From the NCBI GenBank assembly GCA_902386555.1, contig CABMJJ010000009.1, forward strand, positions 495,384 to 559,383: a stretch of DNA of 64,000 nt, in the 5' to 3' direction. A program made the translations under genes and the position numbers. The notes under the pieces are model-generated. The model searched no databases and had not been told where the DNA came from. It saw only the letters and a list, made by a program, of their open reading frames with translations. The first letter of the stretch is position 1, and every line of letters begins with the position of its first letter. Positions 55,112 through 64,000 of this stretch are shown piece by piece. The stretch comes from Candidatus Bilamarchaeum dharawalense. Its GTDB lineage: Archaea; Micrarchaeota; Micrarchaeia; Anstonellales; Bilamarchaeaceae.

Positions 55112-56536
55112 ATGGCTTCTAATAATCTAATTAAAACTCTTAATCCAAAACAACTGGCCTATGTAAAATTAAATCTACCTGATCCAAAAAATGGCGAGTA
55201 TCTTCTAGCTGTTTTTCATCTGGTTCCTGGGGGAAAATTAAATATGCTGCAGGCAGCAGCAGAAGTTGCTGCAGAATCTTCAACAGGAACAAATTTTCAA
55301 GTAAAAACCGAAACTCCGTTTTCCAGAGAAATGAATGCTCTTGTCTATCAAATCGATGTCAAGCGAAACCTGATCTGGATCGCCTACCCATGGAGACTTT
55401 TTGATCGTAGTGGAAATGTTCAAAATATTCTAACCTACATAGTGGGTAATGTTTTGGGAATGAAAGAAGTCTCAGCATTGAAACTATTGGATGTTTGGTT
55501 TCCCCCTGCCATGCTTGAGCAATATGATGGTCCAAGCTATACATTGGACGACATGAGAAAATATTTAGGTGTTTACAACCGCCCGATTTTAGGTACGATA
55601 ATTAAACCCAAAATGGGGTTAACCTCGGCAGAATATGCAGAAGTTTGCTATGACTTTTGGGTTGGTGGTGGGGATTTTGTTAAAAATGATGAACCCCAGG
55701 CAGATCAGGATTTCTGTCCCTATGACAAAATGGTGAAGCATGTAAAAAAGGCAATGGACATGGCAGTGAAAAAAACTGGAAAGAAAAAAGTTCATTCGTT
55801 TAATGTTTCGGCCGCTGACTTTGATATTATGATTGAAAGATGCGAGATGATCAGAAATGCAGGATTCGAAAAAGGTAGTTATGCATTTTTAATCGACGGA
55901 ATATTAGCTGGCTGGACTGCAGTTCAAACATTACGAAGAAGGTATCCTGATGTTTTCATTCATTTTCACCGGGCTGGTCATGGGGCCTACACCCGTCCTG
56001 AAAATCCCATTGGATTTAGTGTTCTAGTTCTATCAAAATTTGCAAGACTTGCTGGTGTATCAGGGATTCACACTGGAACAGCGGGTGTTGGAAAAATGGC
56101 CGGAACTCCAGAAGATGATATTGTTGCAGCACATGGTATCCTTCAATATAAGAGCAAGGGTCCGTTCTTTGAACAAAGCTGGGCAACCATTCCTGAAGAT
56201 GACAAGGACGCACTTGATCTTGTTCACCGGGATATTACCCATCATGTTATCTTAGAAAATGATGACTGGAGGGGAATGAAAAAATGCTGTCCAATTATTT
56301 CTGGAGGGCTCAATCCCACCTTACTCAAACCATTTATCGACGTCATGGGAAACATTGATTTTATCACAACCATGGGTGCTGGTTGTCATGCCCATCCCAA
56401 AGGAACAAAAGCAGGGGCAATGGCACTGGTTCAATCATGCGAAGCCTATTCTAAAAAAATCAGCATAACCAAATATGCGAAAACCCACAAAGAATTGGCA
56501 GAAGCCATCAGATTCTTCTCGAAAAAGAAAAAATGA
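55112..56536 (+). CDS. rbcL: ribulose-1,5-bisphosphate carboxylase/oxygenase large subunit, form II/III-like
   Basis: GGGDFVKNDEPQ (carbamylated-Lys region), HFHRAGHGAYTR, GIHTGTAGVGKMAG and CPIISGGLNP. By recollection, the 474-aa length and N-terminal LPDPKNGEYLLAVFH resemble the Methanococcoides-type II/III enzymes. Confidence 0.9.
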   Translation: MASNNLIKTLNPKQLAYVKLNLPDPKNGEYLLAVFHLVPGGKLNMLQAAAEVAAESSTGTNFQVKTETPFSREMNALVYQIDVKRNLIWIAYPWRLFDRSGNVQNILTYIVGNVLGMKEVSALKLLDVWFPPAMLEQYDGPSYTLDDMRKYLGVYNRPILGTIIKPKMGLTSAEYAEVCYDFWVGGGDFVKNDEPQADQDFCPYDKMVKHVKKAMDMAVKKTGKKKVHSFNVSAADFDIMIERCEMIRNAGFEKGSYAFLIDGILAGWTAVQTLRRRYPDVFIHFHRAGHGAYTRPENPIGFSVLVLSKFARLAGVSGIHTGTAGVGKMAGTPEDDIVAAHGILQYKSKGPFFEQSWATIPEDDKDALDLVHRDITHHVILENDDWRGMKKCCPIISGGLNPTLLKPFIDVMGNIDFITTMGAGCHAHPKGTKAGAMALVQSCEAYSKKISITKYAKTHKELAEAIRFFSKKKK

Positions 56537-56548
56537 TTTGGTGTTATT

Positions 56549-58078
56549 ATGAAAAATCTTATTGTAATTTTTGCAATATTGTTTATTCTTGTCAGTGGTT
56601 GTTCCCAACCAGTTCCAGAAGTCCCTGATACCAGTGAGAAAGACGGTGCACTCGCGGCTTTGGATTCGGCTCGAGATGAAATTTTTAATGCTGAAACCAA
56701 GGGTAATAATGTTACCGAAGCCGTTACAAGAATGAACGAGGCTCAGCTTGCCTTTAATGCTGGTAATTATACCACTGCCACTTCTCTTGCCGGAGCTGCA
56801 AAATACCTTGCCCTGAATTCCAAACCTCTGGTTACAAAACAAAATGAAACTCCAGACATTGTTCCACCTGATGTGATTAGTGATAAAATAAACTGGAGTG
56901 AGGACATAAAACTATCCAGTGATATTGCAGTTCACAAGTCGTTCAACAATGCAAACAGTATCCTGGTTGATCAAAATGGAGTGATCCATACTGTGTGGTA
57001 TTCCATTAATGATGGAAAAGATGAAATTCACTACAGACGTTCAACTGATGGTGTAACCTGGGGTGAGGATACAATTCTTTCAACAGGTCCGAATTTTGTT
57101 GGTGAGGTTTCCATTACAACTGATCGTGGTCATGAATTTCAGTCTGGCAGCAACTCTGCTGCAAATCCTGCTCTTGCAATTTCTGGTTCAAATGTTTATG
57201 TTGCCTGGAGAAGCGATCTGAACAGTGTTCAGGATAATACAAATGGGGAAATATACTTCAAGAAATCTACGGATTCCGGGGTCAATTGGGGTCCTGAAGT
57301 TAGATTGACAAATGCGCCTGAAGACTCATTTAGTCCTTCAATTTCTGCTTCAGGCAATATCCTCTATGTTGTTTGGATGGATATGCGTGATGGGTATGGC
57401 GATCTTTATTTCAAATACTCTCCAAATGCTGGAACCATCTGGTCTAGCGATTTGAGACTTACCGAAGCCACAAGTTTCCGTGGTCAGCCTACCATAATTG
57501 GTTCTGGAAACGATGTCCATGCGTTTTGGATGGACAACCGAGAAGCAAATTGGGAAATCTTTTTTGACCATTCTAAAAATGGCGGTGCCATATGGGATGG
57601 CGCTTCCAGATTTACTAATGATATGGGCACAAGCGAGGTTCCGGTTGTTGCACGTGTTGGGAATACCATCTATGTTGCCTGGACAGACTCTCGTCCGATT
57701 GGTAATGAAAATTATGCAGACGCCTATGAAATTTATCTTCGAAAATCCACTGACGGTGGCAAAACCTGGTCCAATGAAATACCACTCACAAACTCTCCAA
57801 AGTGGTCTGGTGATCCGTCCATAGCCGCAGTTGGTACTCAGGTGCATGTTGTTTGGCCAGACGGTCGTGATGGTAGTAAGTCAAACAGCGAGATTTACCA
57901 TAAGTATTCTTTAGATGGCGGATCCAGCTGGTCTGATGACATACGTATCACCTATGCAGACAAAGATTCAGTCATTCCTTCAATTGCTGTTCTGGGTTCA
58001 AATGTTTATGTTCTTTGGGAAGATACACGCGGTGGCAAATCTGAAATTTTCTATAAACACGGAGTTTTCAATGGCTGA
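56549..58078 (+). CDS. exported BNR/Asp-box repeat (sialidase-fold-like) lipoprotein
   Basis: Lipobox-like LVSGCS. There are at least six Asp-box repeats: STDGVTWG, STDSGVNWG, SPNAGTIWS, SKNGGAIWD, STDGGKTWS and SLDGGSSWS. Confidence 0.75.
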   Translation: MKNLIVIFAILFILVSGCSQPVPEVPDTSEKDGALAALDSARDEIFNAETKGNNVTEAVTRMNEAQLAFNAGNYTTATSLAGAAKYLALNSKPLVTKQNETPDIVPPDVISDKINWSEDIKLSSDIAVHKSFNNANSILVDQNGVIHTVWYSINDGKDEIHYRRSTDGVTWGEDTILSTGPNFVGEVSITTDRGHEFQSGSNSAANPALAISGSNVYVAWRSDLNSVQDNTNGEIYFKKSTDSGVNWGPEVRLTNAPEDSFSPSISASGNILYVVWMDMRDGYGDLYFKYSPNAGTIWSSDLRLTEATSFRGQPTIIGSGNDVHAFWMDNREANWEIFFDHSKNGGAIWDGASRFTNDMGTSEVPVVARVGNTIYVAWTDSRPIGNENYADAYEIYLRKSTDGGKTWSNEIPLTNSPKWSGDPSIAAVGTQVHVVWPDGRDGSKSNSEIYHKYSLDGGSSWSDDIRITYADKDSVIPSIAVLGSNVYVLWEDTRGGKSEIFYKHGVFNG

Positions 58079-58247
58079 TCCCATGGGAGATATTGCTCTT
58101 TATTTTTGTTTTGGGAAATTCCATAAATTCGAGTCATTTGAAGGAGTTGGCTCACTACCAGGAAAAGAAAGATCCAAACCCACCAAGTGCAAAAAATGCG
58201 GTTCAAAGAACATTCTAAGACTTTGGAAAATAGGAAAATGGGACTAA
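58071..58247 (+). CDS. small possible zinc-ribbon protein
   Basis: The ATGGCTGA start/stop overlap with the BNR gene suggests coupling. The segments C...H...CKKC are present. Only 58 aa. Confidence 0.3.
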   Translation: MADPMGDIALYFCFGKFHKFESFEGVGSLPGKERSKPTKCKKCGSKNILRLWKIGKWD

Positions 58248-58362
58248 GTGCATATTATATTATAATGCTGTGCCCCAGTGCCCAGGGTCCTAATCCCATT
58301 TATTAACTTTTCCGATCACATCAATTCAACAATTAGCACACTTATTAGGAAGACTGGGAATA

Positions 58363-59817
58363 ATGAACAAATGTGAATTAAAAAAAGAGCTAGGCCTACT
58401 TGGAAGCTTTTCCATGGGGTTTGCTGATGTCGGTGCTGATATCTTTCTAGCACTTGGTCTTATTGCAGCCTATGCCCACGGCGTTATGCCATTGGCCATC
58501 TTGGCTGCTGCGATTGTCTATGTCTGTTCTGGTCTATCCTATGCTGAACTGGCAGCTGCCATGCCTGTTTCTGGGGGGTCTTCTGCCTTTGGAAGAAGAG
58601 CATTTGGCAATAAAGCAAGTTTTCTTGCTGGTTGGGGCCTGATGCTTGACTATACTATAGATATTGCACTTTTTGCTGTTGCATCTACTGGCTATCTATC
58701 ATTCTTCATTCCAGGCGTGAGGGAAGTATTTGGTTTTGTTTCGGTATTTCTGATATTTATCCTCATGCTCATCAATCTTCTTGGTATCAAGGAATCATCT
58801 TCGGTTAATTCTGTTCTCACTGCAGTTGCCATTGTCATAATCCTTGGTTTGCTAGTTCTTGGTTTCGGAACCACCTTCCAGATGGAGAAATTCACCTCTG
58901 GATTAACACCCATAAATACTGACCCAGGAATTGAAAACTTTCTCTATTCCATAACCCTTGCCATTGTGGCTTTCGTGGGTGTGGAAAGCATTTCCCAGGG
59001 TGCAGAGGAAACCAAAAATCCAGGTAAAATACTTCCGCAGGCAACCTTTCTCTCAATATTTTTTGTTGTGCTTTTCGCGCTACTGCTTTCCATCATGGTA
59101 CTTGGTATTGTCACTCCCAAGACTTTGGCAGACAACATGGACAATCCACTTGTACCCGTAACACAAGCGTTGCCCTTTTCACAAATAATTACACCCATAA
59201 TCGCGTTTGCAGGTTTTATCATCTGTTTTGTTTCTGCCAACACAGGCATAATTGGTGCCTCCCGTGTTGTCTATTCCATGAGCAGTTCTGGGCTTGTTTC
59301 AAGAAGGATAAGCTGGATTCATCCAAAATACTGTACCCCCTGGTGGACGGTGATAATTTTTTCTACGATTGCAATGGTCCTTGCTTTCTTCGGTGACATG
59401 ATCTTTTTGGGAGAACTATATGCCTTCGGTGCCCTTACTGCCTATACGGTTACCAATCTATCACTCATCCAACTGAGATTTGCCGAACCAAACATGGAAC
59501 GCCCATTCAAAATTCCTTTTAATCTCAAGATCAATGGTCGCGACATACCATTAATCACAATCATCGGTTCCATTGGTTGCATTGCAATCTTCATACTTGT
59601 TGCTTTGCTTCATGAAGAAGGCAGAAATTTCGCATTTGTTTGGTTTGTTGCTGGTTTTGTCTACTATTATTTCTATAAGAAATATCGTGCCAAAATTGAT
59701 GCAAAAACCTATGTTCCAGTTCAGCACCGTCTACCTGGCCATGGAAAATCGGTCCACGTCGAATACTCCTCTATCAGAAATCTTGATGTGGGGGATAACA
59801 AGCAATCCCATAAATGA
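58363..59817 (+). CDS. APC-superfamily amino acid/polyamine permease
   Basis: 484 aa with about 12 TM helices. The N-terminal FSMGFADVGADIF and LSYAELAAAMPVSGG segments are typical of APC transporters. Confidence 0.75.
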   Translation: MNKCELKKELGLLGSFSMGFADVGADIFLALGLIAAYAHGVMPLAILAAAIVYVCSGLSYAELAAAMPVSGGSSAFGRRAFGNKASFLAGWGLMLDYTIDIALFAVASTGYLSFFIPGVREVFGFVSVFLIFILMLINLLGIKESSSVNSVLTAVAIVIILGLLVLGFGTTFQMEKFTSGLTPINTDPGIENFLYSITLAIVAFVGVESISQGAEETKNPGKILPQATFLSIFFVVLFALLLSIMVLGIVTPKTLADNMDNPLVPVTQALPFSQIITPIIAFAGFIICFVSANTGIIGASRVVYSMSSSGLVSRRISWIHPKYCTPWWTVIIFSTIAMVLAFFGDMIFLGELYAFGALTAYTVTNLSLIQLRFAEPNMERPFKIPFNLKINGRDIPLITIIGSIGCIAIFILVALLHEEGRNFAFVWFVAGFVYYYFYKKYRAKIDAKTYVPVQHRLPGHGKSVHVEYSSIRNLDVGDNKQSHK

Positions 59818-61344
59818 AAGTGTCATGAAAGGTGCTCCTAATTTACAACCCATTTTTTTCACAGCCTTGGTCAGGGTTTCGTATTTTTTCGCTACCTTCT
59901 GTCCATCCTCGTCAGTCATAATTCCTGCAAATGGTAATTTTTGTCTGCTTATTTGTTTTCCATTGTAAACAACCAGTCCACCCTTCATTTTCACAATTTC
60001 ATTAACCACTCTACAAATCGATTCGTCATCTGTTCCTATTACGCCAATGTTGTGCGAATCATGCATCACACTGGAACCAAATGCGCCTTTTTTTATTCCA
60101 AAGTTTTTGATAAAACCAACTGCTGGTTTTGCTTTTTTATAGCGGTTTAAAACCACAATTTTCAGAATATCTTTTTTCAAATCAATTTTATCTGTAGGTG
60201 GCAGTTTATTTGTTATCAAACTGCCATCCATTGCTTCTATTACTGGAATTTTTTTGCTGTTTTTTATGTCACTTGGTTTTATCTTCTCAGCTAAAAATAA
60301 ATTCACTGGTTTTTCTTTTATTTTGTTTATTTTTATCTTCCCATTTGCAAAAATTCTGTCCCCATTGATCCATGTTTCTAAAACTCTGAACTCTCTCAGA
60401 TTATTAACAATCACGAAATCCGCAGGATCATTTTTTCTCAACAAACCAACACCCAATCCATAATGTTCCACTGGATTTCTTGTTGCACTTTTAATTGCAA
60501 TGATCGGATCAATCCCAAGTTTCACACATTGTGAAACGATGTTGTTAATGTGTCCATCCAACAGGTCATCCGGATGACTATCATCGGTGCAAAGCATGTT
60601 TTTTCCATTTTTTAATATGGGATAAATGGCATTTAGATTTTTTGCAGCTGATCCTTCCCTAACAATTATTCGCATCCCTTTTTTTTGTTTTTCTTCTGCT
60701 TCTTTCAACATATAACATTCATGATCGGTTTCAATCCCTGCAGAAATATATCTGTCCAATTTTTTTCCCACAAGGCCTGGAGCATGTCCATCTATTCTTT
60801 TTTTATATTTTTTTGCCATTGCAATTTTTTTCATGACCAAAGGATCACGGTTTATCACGCTTGGATAATTCATAACCTCTGCAAGAAAACGGATCTCTTT
60901 TTTCTTTAACAAAAATTCCATTTCTTCACTACCGAAAGTCGAACCGCTGGTCTCAAAGGTTGTTGCGGGAACACAGGAAGAGGCCCCAAAATAAAATTTC
61001 ATTGGAACTTTTTTCGAATTGTTTAGCATGAACTCAAGGCCCTTCAGACCAAGAACATTCGCAATCTCATGTGGGTCAGCAACCACTGCGATTGTTCCAT
61101 GTTTCACAGCCAATCTGGCAAATTCACTTGGAATTAGCATGGAGCTTTCAGTATGTACGTGTGCATTTACAAAACCAGGTAAAATATACCTCTTTGGTGC
61201 TTGTTTTAATCTTTTTATGCTATTAATTTTTTCCCCAAAATTCACTTCAGCAGGATAACACTGTTCTTGAAAAACATCAACCAAATAACCAGAAACTATC
61301 ATGCTTGAAAATGGTTTATTACATTTAAATTTACATACTACCAT
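59731..61344 (-). CDS. ade: adenine deaminase
   Basis: The amidohydrolase segment PGFVNAHVHTESS, the ADPHEIANV segment, and the C-terminal LVIPHIKISDRGVFDV segment all fit. The 3' end overlaps the permease gene by 87 nt. Confidence 0.8.
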   Translation of the reverse strand: MVVCKFKCNKPFSSMIVSGYLVDVFQEQCYPAEVNFGEKINSIKRLKQAPKRYILPGFVNAHVHTESSMLIPSEFARLAVKHGTIAVVADPHEIANVLGLKGLEFMLNNSKKVPMKFYFGASSCVPATTFETSGSTFGSEEMEFLLKKKEIRFLAEVMNYPSVINRDPLVMKKIAMAKKYKKRIDGHAPGLVGKKLDRYISAGIETDHECYMLKEAEEKQKKGMRIIVREGSAAKNLNAIYPILKNGKNMLCTDDSHPDDLLDGHINNIVSQCVKLGIDPIIAIKSATRNPVEHYGLGVGLLRKNDPADFVIVNNLREFRVLETWINGDRIFANGKIKINKIKEKPVNLFLAEKIKPSDIKNSKKIPVIEAMDGSLITNKLPPTDKIDLKKDILKIVVLNRYKKAKPAVGFIKNFGIKKGAFGSSVMHDSHNIGVIGTDDESICRVVNEIVKMKGGLVVYNGKQISRQKLPFAGIMTDEDGQKVAKKYETLTKAVKKMGCKLGAPFMTLSFMGLLVIPHIKISDRGVFDVDRFSMAR

Positions 61345-61368
61345 TCCATAACCGTCCTAAGACGTCGC

Positions 61369-61378
61369 TTTATAAATA
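61369..61378 (+). promoter_or_regulatory. TATA-box candidate (TTTATAAATA) upstream of the large right-edge ORF
   Basis: It lies about 48 nt upstream of the ATG at 61422, with a GGGGAGAGG Shine-Dalgarno-like sequence at 61408..61416. Confidence 0.4.
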
Positions 61379-61421
61379 TATTGTTTCAAATAGTATAAAG
61401 TAGTGATGGGGAGAGGATAGT

Positions 61422-64000
61422 ATGGTGGGTACAAGAGTTACTAGGTCTGATGACAAACATTTAAATTCTCATTCTGAGACTCATTCTAGAGGATTTATTG
61501 ATCCTGGTTCCAGACGTTGGTGGAGAACCGCTGGGATTACTGGAATTGTGTTATTTGAAACATTATTTGGGGGTACTTTTATGTCTACTACGTTGGTAAG
61601 ACCTGCTGCTGCTCAAGAGCAAAGGATGGATGAGAAGGCTGTTGAAGCCCAGAGAAGATTAACCCAAGCGGTTACTGCAATAACAACTGAACTTGGTCTC
61701 AGTGCTGGTTTTGGTATTGCCAACCCTACCCTCCCATTGGAAGATAAACTGGTTAGTGGAACTGAACGAGGTAAAGAAGGTTTACTCGCACTCATCCAAA
61801 TGTATAATGAAAAACTAAGACCACTTAACGGTGGCAGAGATATCATTCCCATTACTGGTACTACTCCTCAAGAACAACTTGCTTCTCTAAATACCTGGCT
61901 TGGCAGTGATTTCCAAGCATGCTCAACCTGTAAAGTTTTCAAGCCAGTTCCTGGTCTGGCCCCGGACAGCATTAATATGGCTGCTGCTGAACAACTTGCA
62001 GAAAGAATCGCATCCCTGTTCGGTGCACCTGGTGCATTTATCGCTGCAGTCGCAGTAACAGAAGGAGGATCAAGACCACTTCCAGCAGGACCCATTCTGG
62101 CACCTAAACTAGCATTTACTTCGCAAGAATATGATGCTGCAGTTGCTGATTTAACATTAATCTCACAATACCCAGAAACTGCGCAGATAGGACAAAAGGC
62201 AAGCACCCAGCTTGCTGAACTCCAACGTCTTTATGGCGAGTCACCACAAAAAACAGCTGCACTTAATGAAAGCTATGATCGAGCTGGTTTGTTTATTGGT
62301 GCTCATCGTGCAAAGTCTGAACAATTGAAAGGTGATGCGCTTGCACGTGAACGAAAACGTGCTGATCTTTCACCAGTTCAACAGGCTGAACAGGCTTACT
62401 ATCAAGATACTTTACAAAAAGCAATGGCAATGGCCAAAGCAGCTCAAGCCGCTCTTGCTTCTTTTACAGAACCATCTGGTCCTGCGGCTCAAGCAAGGAC
62501 CCAAGCCGCGTTCACAATTGATAGCCTTGTGCTTCGTGGACAAGCACTTTTAGAAAAGGGAACATTAACTGCTGATGAAGTAACTCAATTCTATAATTCT
62601 ACAATGCTAGCTGCCGATGCTGTACAAACAATGGATGTACTCATGAGATTTGCTCAAGCCAATGGTCTTGACCGGTTAGCTGGCGGAGCTGCAAGAGACT
62701 TCTGGGCAAAATATAGTGCAGTAATGAGAGTTATTGCAGATCGAACTGCAACAGAACAGAAATATGATGAAGCATTGGGTGGATTCTACAAATCATTGGT
62801 GGAGCGTGTTGCTCAGAATGTTGAAGTTCCAGCCCAAGCTCGGGCAACATTCCAACAGTTGGCCCAGCTTCGTGCAACAAGAGCTGGTTTCTATGAAACC
62901 TATTTCTATCATGTTCAAGGCAAAGGAGAGGAACTCTCACTTGATACAACACAAAAAATGGTTGACAAAGCATTGGACTATCTAGAAAAATCCGGTGTTG
63001 CCCATGACGATCCGCTATTGGAGAAAGCAAGACAGTGGCGTGCAAGTTGTCAAAACCCAATGGTGCTTTACACATTAGCTCATGGCCTTGTTTCCATAAG
63101 AGAAGCAGAATTATGGGCATCGGATGGTGCAAAATCCCTAAGACCGGATTTATCTCCTACTGATCTTCAAGCTGCAAAACAAAGAATTGAACTTGCACGA
63201 AAGGCATTCCTTTGGAATTTCAACAATCCACAATTAGACCCAACCTACTATCCAAACATGTCCACAGTTTTAGCTGATGATGCAATTCATACTTTAGTGC
63301 CTGCATTACGATTTACAGAAGGTTCAGCTGGTTTTGATTCCAGATTTGAATTTAGAAATCCTGGAGGAAGAGAAAAACCACTTGCTGAAAAATATGCAGC
63401 AGCAACCAAAGTAGAAGAATATCATCTTAGATTATTGCTCGCTCTTCGTACCTACGATCTATCTGATCCACTAAGATCTCACCTTGCAAAAGAAGAAGCA
63501 TCTGGTAGTTATGCTCAACTTGGTTTATTCTCCAGACTTTCAGCAACAGAAAAATTCGACAGCGGGTTACCAAAACTACCCCCATCTCCAGGTAGGGTTT
63601 ATCTTATTGATGGAGTTGCAGATATGAACGTTGCTGAGGGTGTTGATCATGATGCACCTGGTTATTCACGTTATGGTCTGGCCTATGCAGTTCTTAGAAG
63701 AGAAGCTGTTCTTGTTGGAGATCCAGGGGCGGCAGCGTTGTTAAAAGATATTGACTTGAAACCAATCACTGCAAAACTTCTTGCAGGAGGAACTGAACAG
63801 GAAGCGCTCGATGCAGTTGCTGATATTAGAATTCAACAGCTTGAAAGAAGGCTGGCAACTGTTGTTGAGAGAAGAAGAACCATCGGTGAGCTTCCAGCAT
63901 TAACAGCAGATCCAAAGACATTCTACATAGTTCGTGCCCAGCAGGCTTTGGCTGAGGCTAAACTTTTACGAACCCAAGGGGGAACTCTTACTTCCAAAAG
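61422..64000 (+). CDS. very large exported orphan protein, 3'-truncated by the window edge (over 859 codons)
   Basis: I translated by hand from the ATG at 61422 to nt 64000 and found no stop. It is absent from the supplied track because it has no stop codon in the window. The N-terminus ...GSRRWWRTAGITGIVLFETLFGGTFMSTTLVRPAAAQEQ looks like a twin-arginine or Sec signal with an AxA site. Confidence 0.75.
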   Translation, partial: MVGTRVTRSDDKHLNSHSETHSRGFIDPGSRRWWRTAGITGIVLFETLFGGTFMSTTLVRPAAAQEQRMDEKAVEAQRRLTQAVTAITTELGLSAGFGIANPTLPLEDKLVSGTERGKEGLLALIQMYNEKLRPLNGGRDIIPITGTTPQEQLASLNTWLGSDFQACSTCKVFKPVPGLAPDSINMAAAEQLAERIASLFGAPGAFIAAVAVTEGGSRPLPAGPILAPKLAFTSQEYDAAVADLTLISQYPETAQIGQKASTQLAELQRLYGESPQKTAALNESYDRAGLFIGAHRAKSEQLKGDALARERKRADLSPVQQAEQAYYQDTLQKAMAMAKAAQAALASFTEPSGPAAQARTQAAFTIDSLVLRGQALLEKGTLTADEVTQFYNSTMLAADAVQTMDVLMRFAQANGLDRLAGGAARDFWAKYSAVMRVIADRTATEQKYDEALGGFYKSLVERVAQNVEVPAQARATFQQLAQLRATRAGFYETYFYHVQGKGEELSLDTTQKMVDKALDYLEKSGVAHDDPLLEKARQWRASCQNPMVLYTLAHGLVSIREAELWASDGAKSLRPDLSPTDLQAAKQRIELARKAFLWNFNNPQLDPTYYPNMSTVLADDAIHTLVPALRFTEGSAGFDSRFEFRNPGGREKPLAEKYAAATKVEEYHLRLLLALRTYDLSDPLRSHLAKEEASGSYAQLGLFSRLSATEKFDSGLPKLPPSPGRVYLIDGVADMNVAEGVDHDAPGYSRYGLAYAVLRREAVLVGDPGAAALLKDIDLKPITAKLLAGGTEQEALDAVADIRIQQLERRLATVVERRRTIGELPALTADPKTFYIVRAQQALAEAKLLRTQGGTLTSK

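Noticed and set aside
61613-63132. Track ORFs 61613..61852, 61868..62206, 62332..62553, 62731..63132 and 62734..62985
   Set aside because: All lie inside, and out of frame with or antisense to, the uninterrupted ORF of over 859 codons that starts at 61422.

Overview
This is a gene-dense archaeal chromosome fragment with about 70 genes, and both window edges cut inside genes. Spot counts of single 60-nt lines gave 22-47% GC.

**Gene content**
- Archaeal information-processing genes are present: TBP, RNA polymerase Rpo4/F, ribosomal proteins L21e and eS26, proteasome alpha, RFC large subunit, XPD-, Hef- and Lhr-type helicases, Pth2 and a type-2 methionine aminopeptidase.
- The metabolic set is small: form II/III-like RuBisCO, adenine deaminase, a two-subunit 2-oxoacid:ferredoxin oxidoreductase, PurP, UMP kinase, a GlmM-like mutase, a GlmU-like nucleotidyltransferase and UppS.
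- At the left end sits a surface-glycan cluster: a PseG-like protein, an epimerase, a Wzx-like flippase, an A24 peptidase and a processive GT2.
- Many exported proteins carry a lipobox or are cysteine-rich.
- Four tRNA genes are present, and all four are interrupted by introns.
- The reduced metabolism, the RuBisCO type, the intron-rich tRNAs and the exported Cys-rich proteins fit a small symbiotic (DPANN-like) archaeon. That placement is inference only.
- I found no rRNA, CRISPR array, cas gene, integrase, transposase or reverse transcriptase.

**Observations most worth follow-up**
1. Five hairpin-bearing introns sit in the four tRNA genes. Two of them lie at non-canonical D-loop positions.
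2. A roughly 2.3-kb AT-rich three-gene islet lies next to tRNA-Leu. It is bounded by an 11-nt copy of the tRNA 3' end, a 13-bp inverted repeat and a decayed tRNA-like remnant, and it encodes a protein with a possible HEPN motif.
3. A very large ORF (over 859 codons) with a Tat-like signal runs off the right edge. It is missing from the supplied ORF track.
4. An 86-nt near-identical tract is shared by the two halves of the TBP gene.
5. A cotranscribed-looking pair encodes an exported double cytochrome b5 lipoprotein and a ferric-reductase-like membrane protein.
6. A 734-aa lipoprotein carries ten six-cysteine modules.
7. A dispersed set of lysine-poor orphan ORFs carries enzyme motifs, and several of them abut tRNA genes.

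I do not see one unambiguous, self-contained novel multi-gene system. The items above are leads rather than demonstrations.
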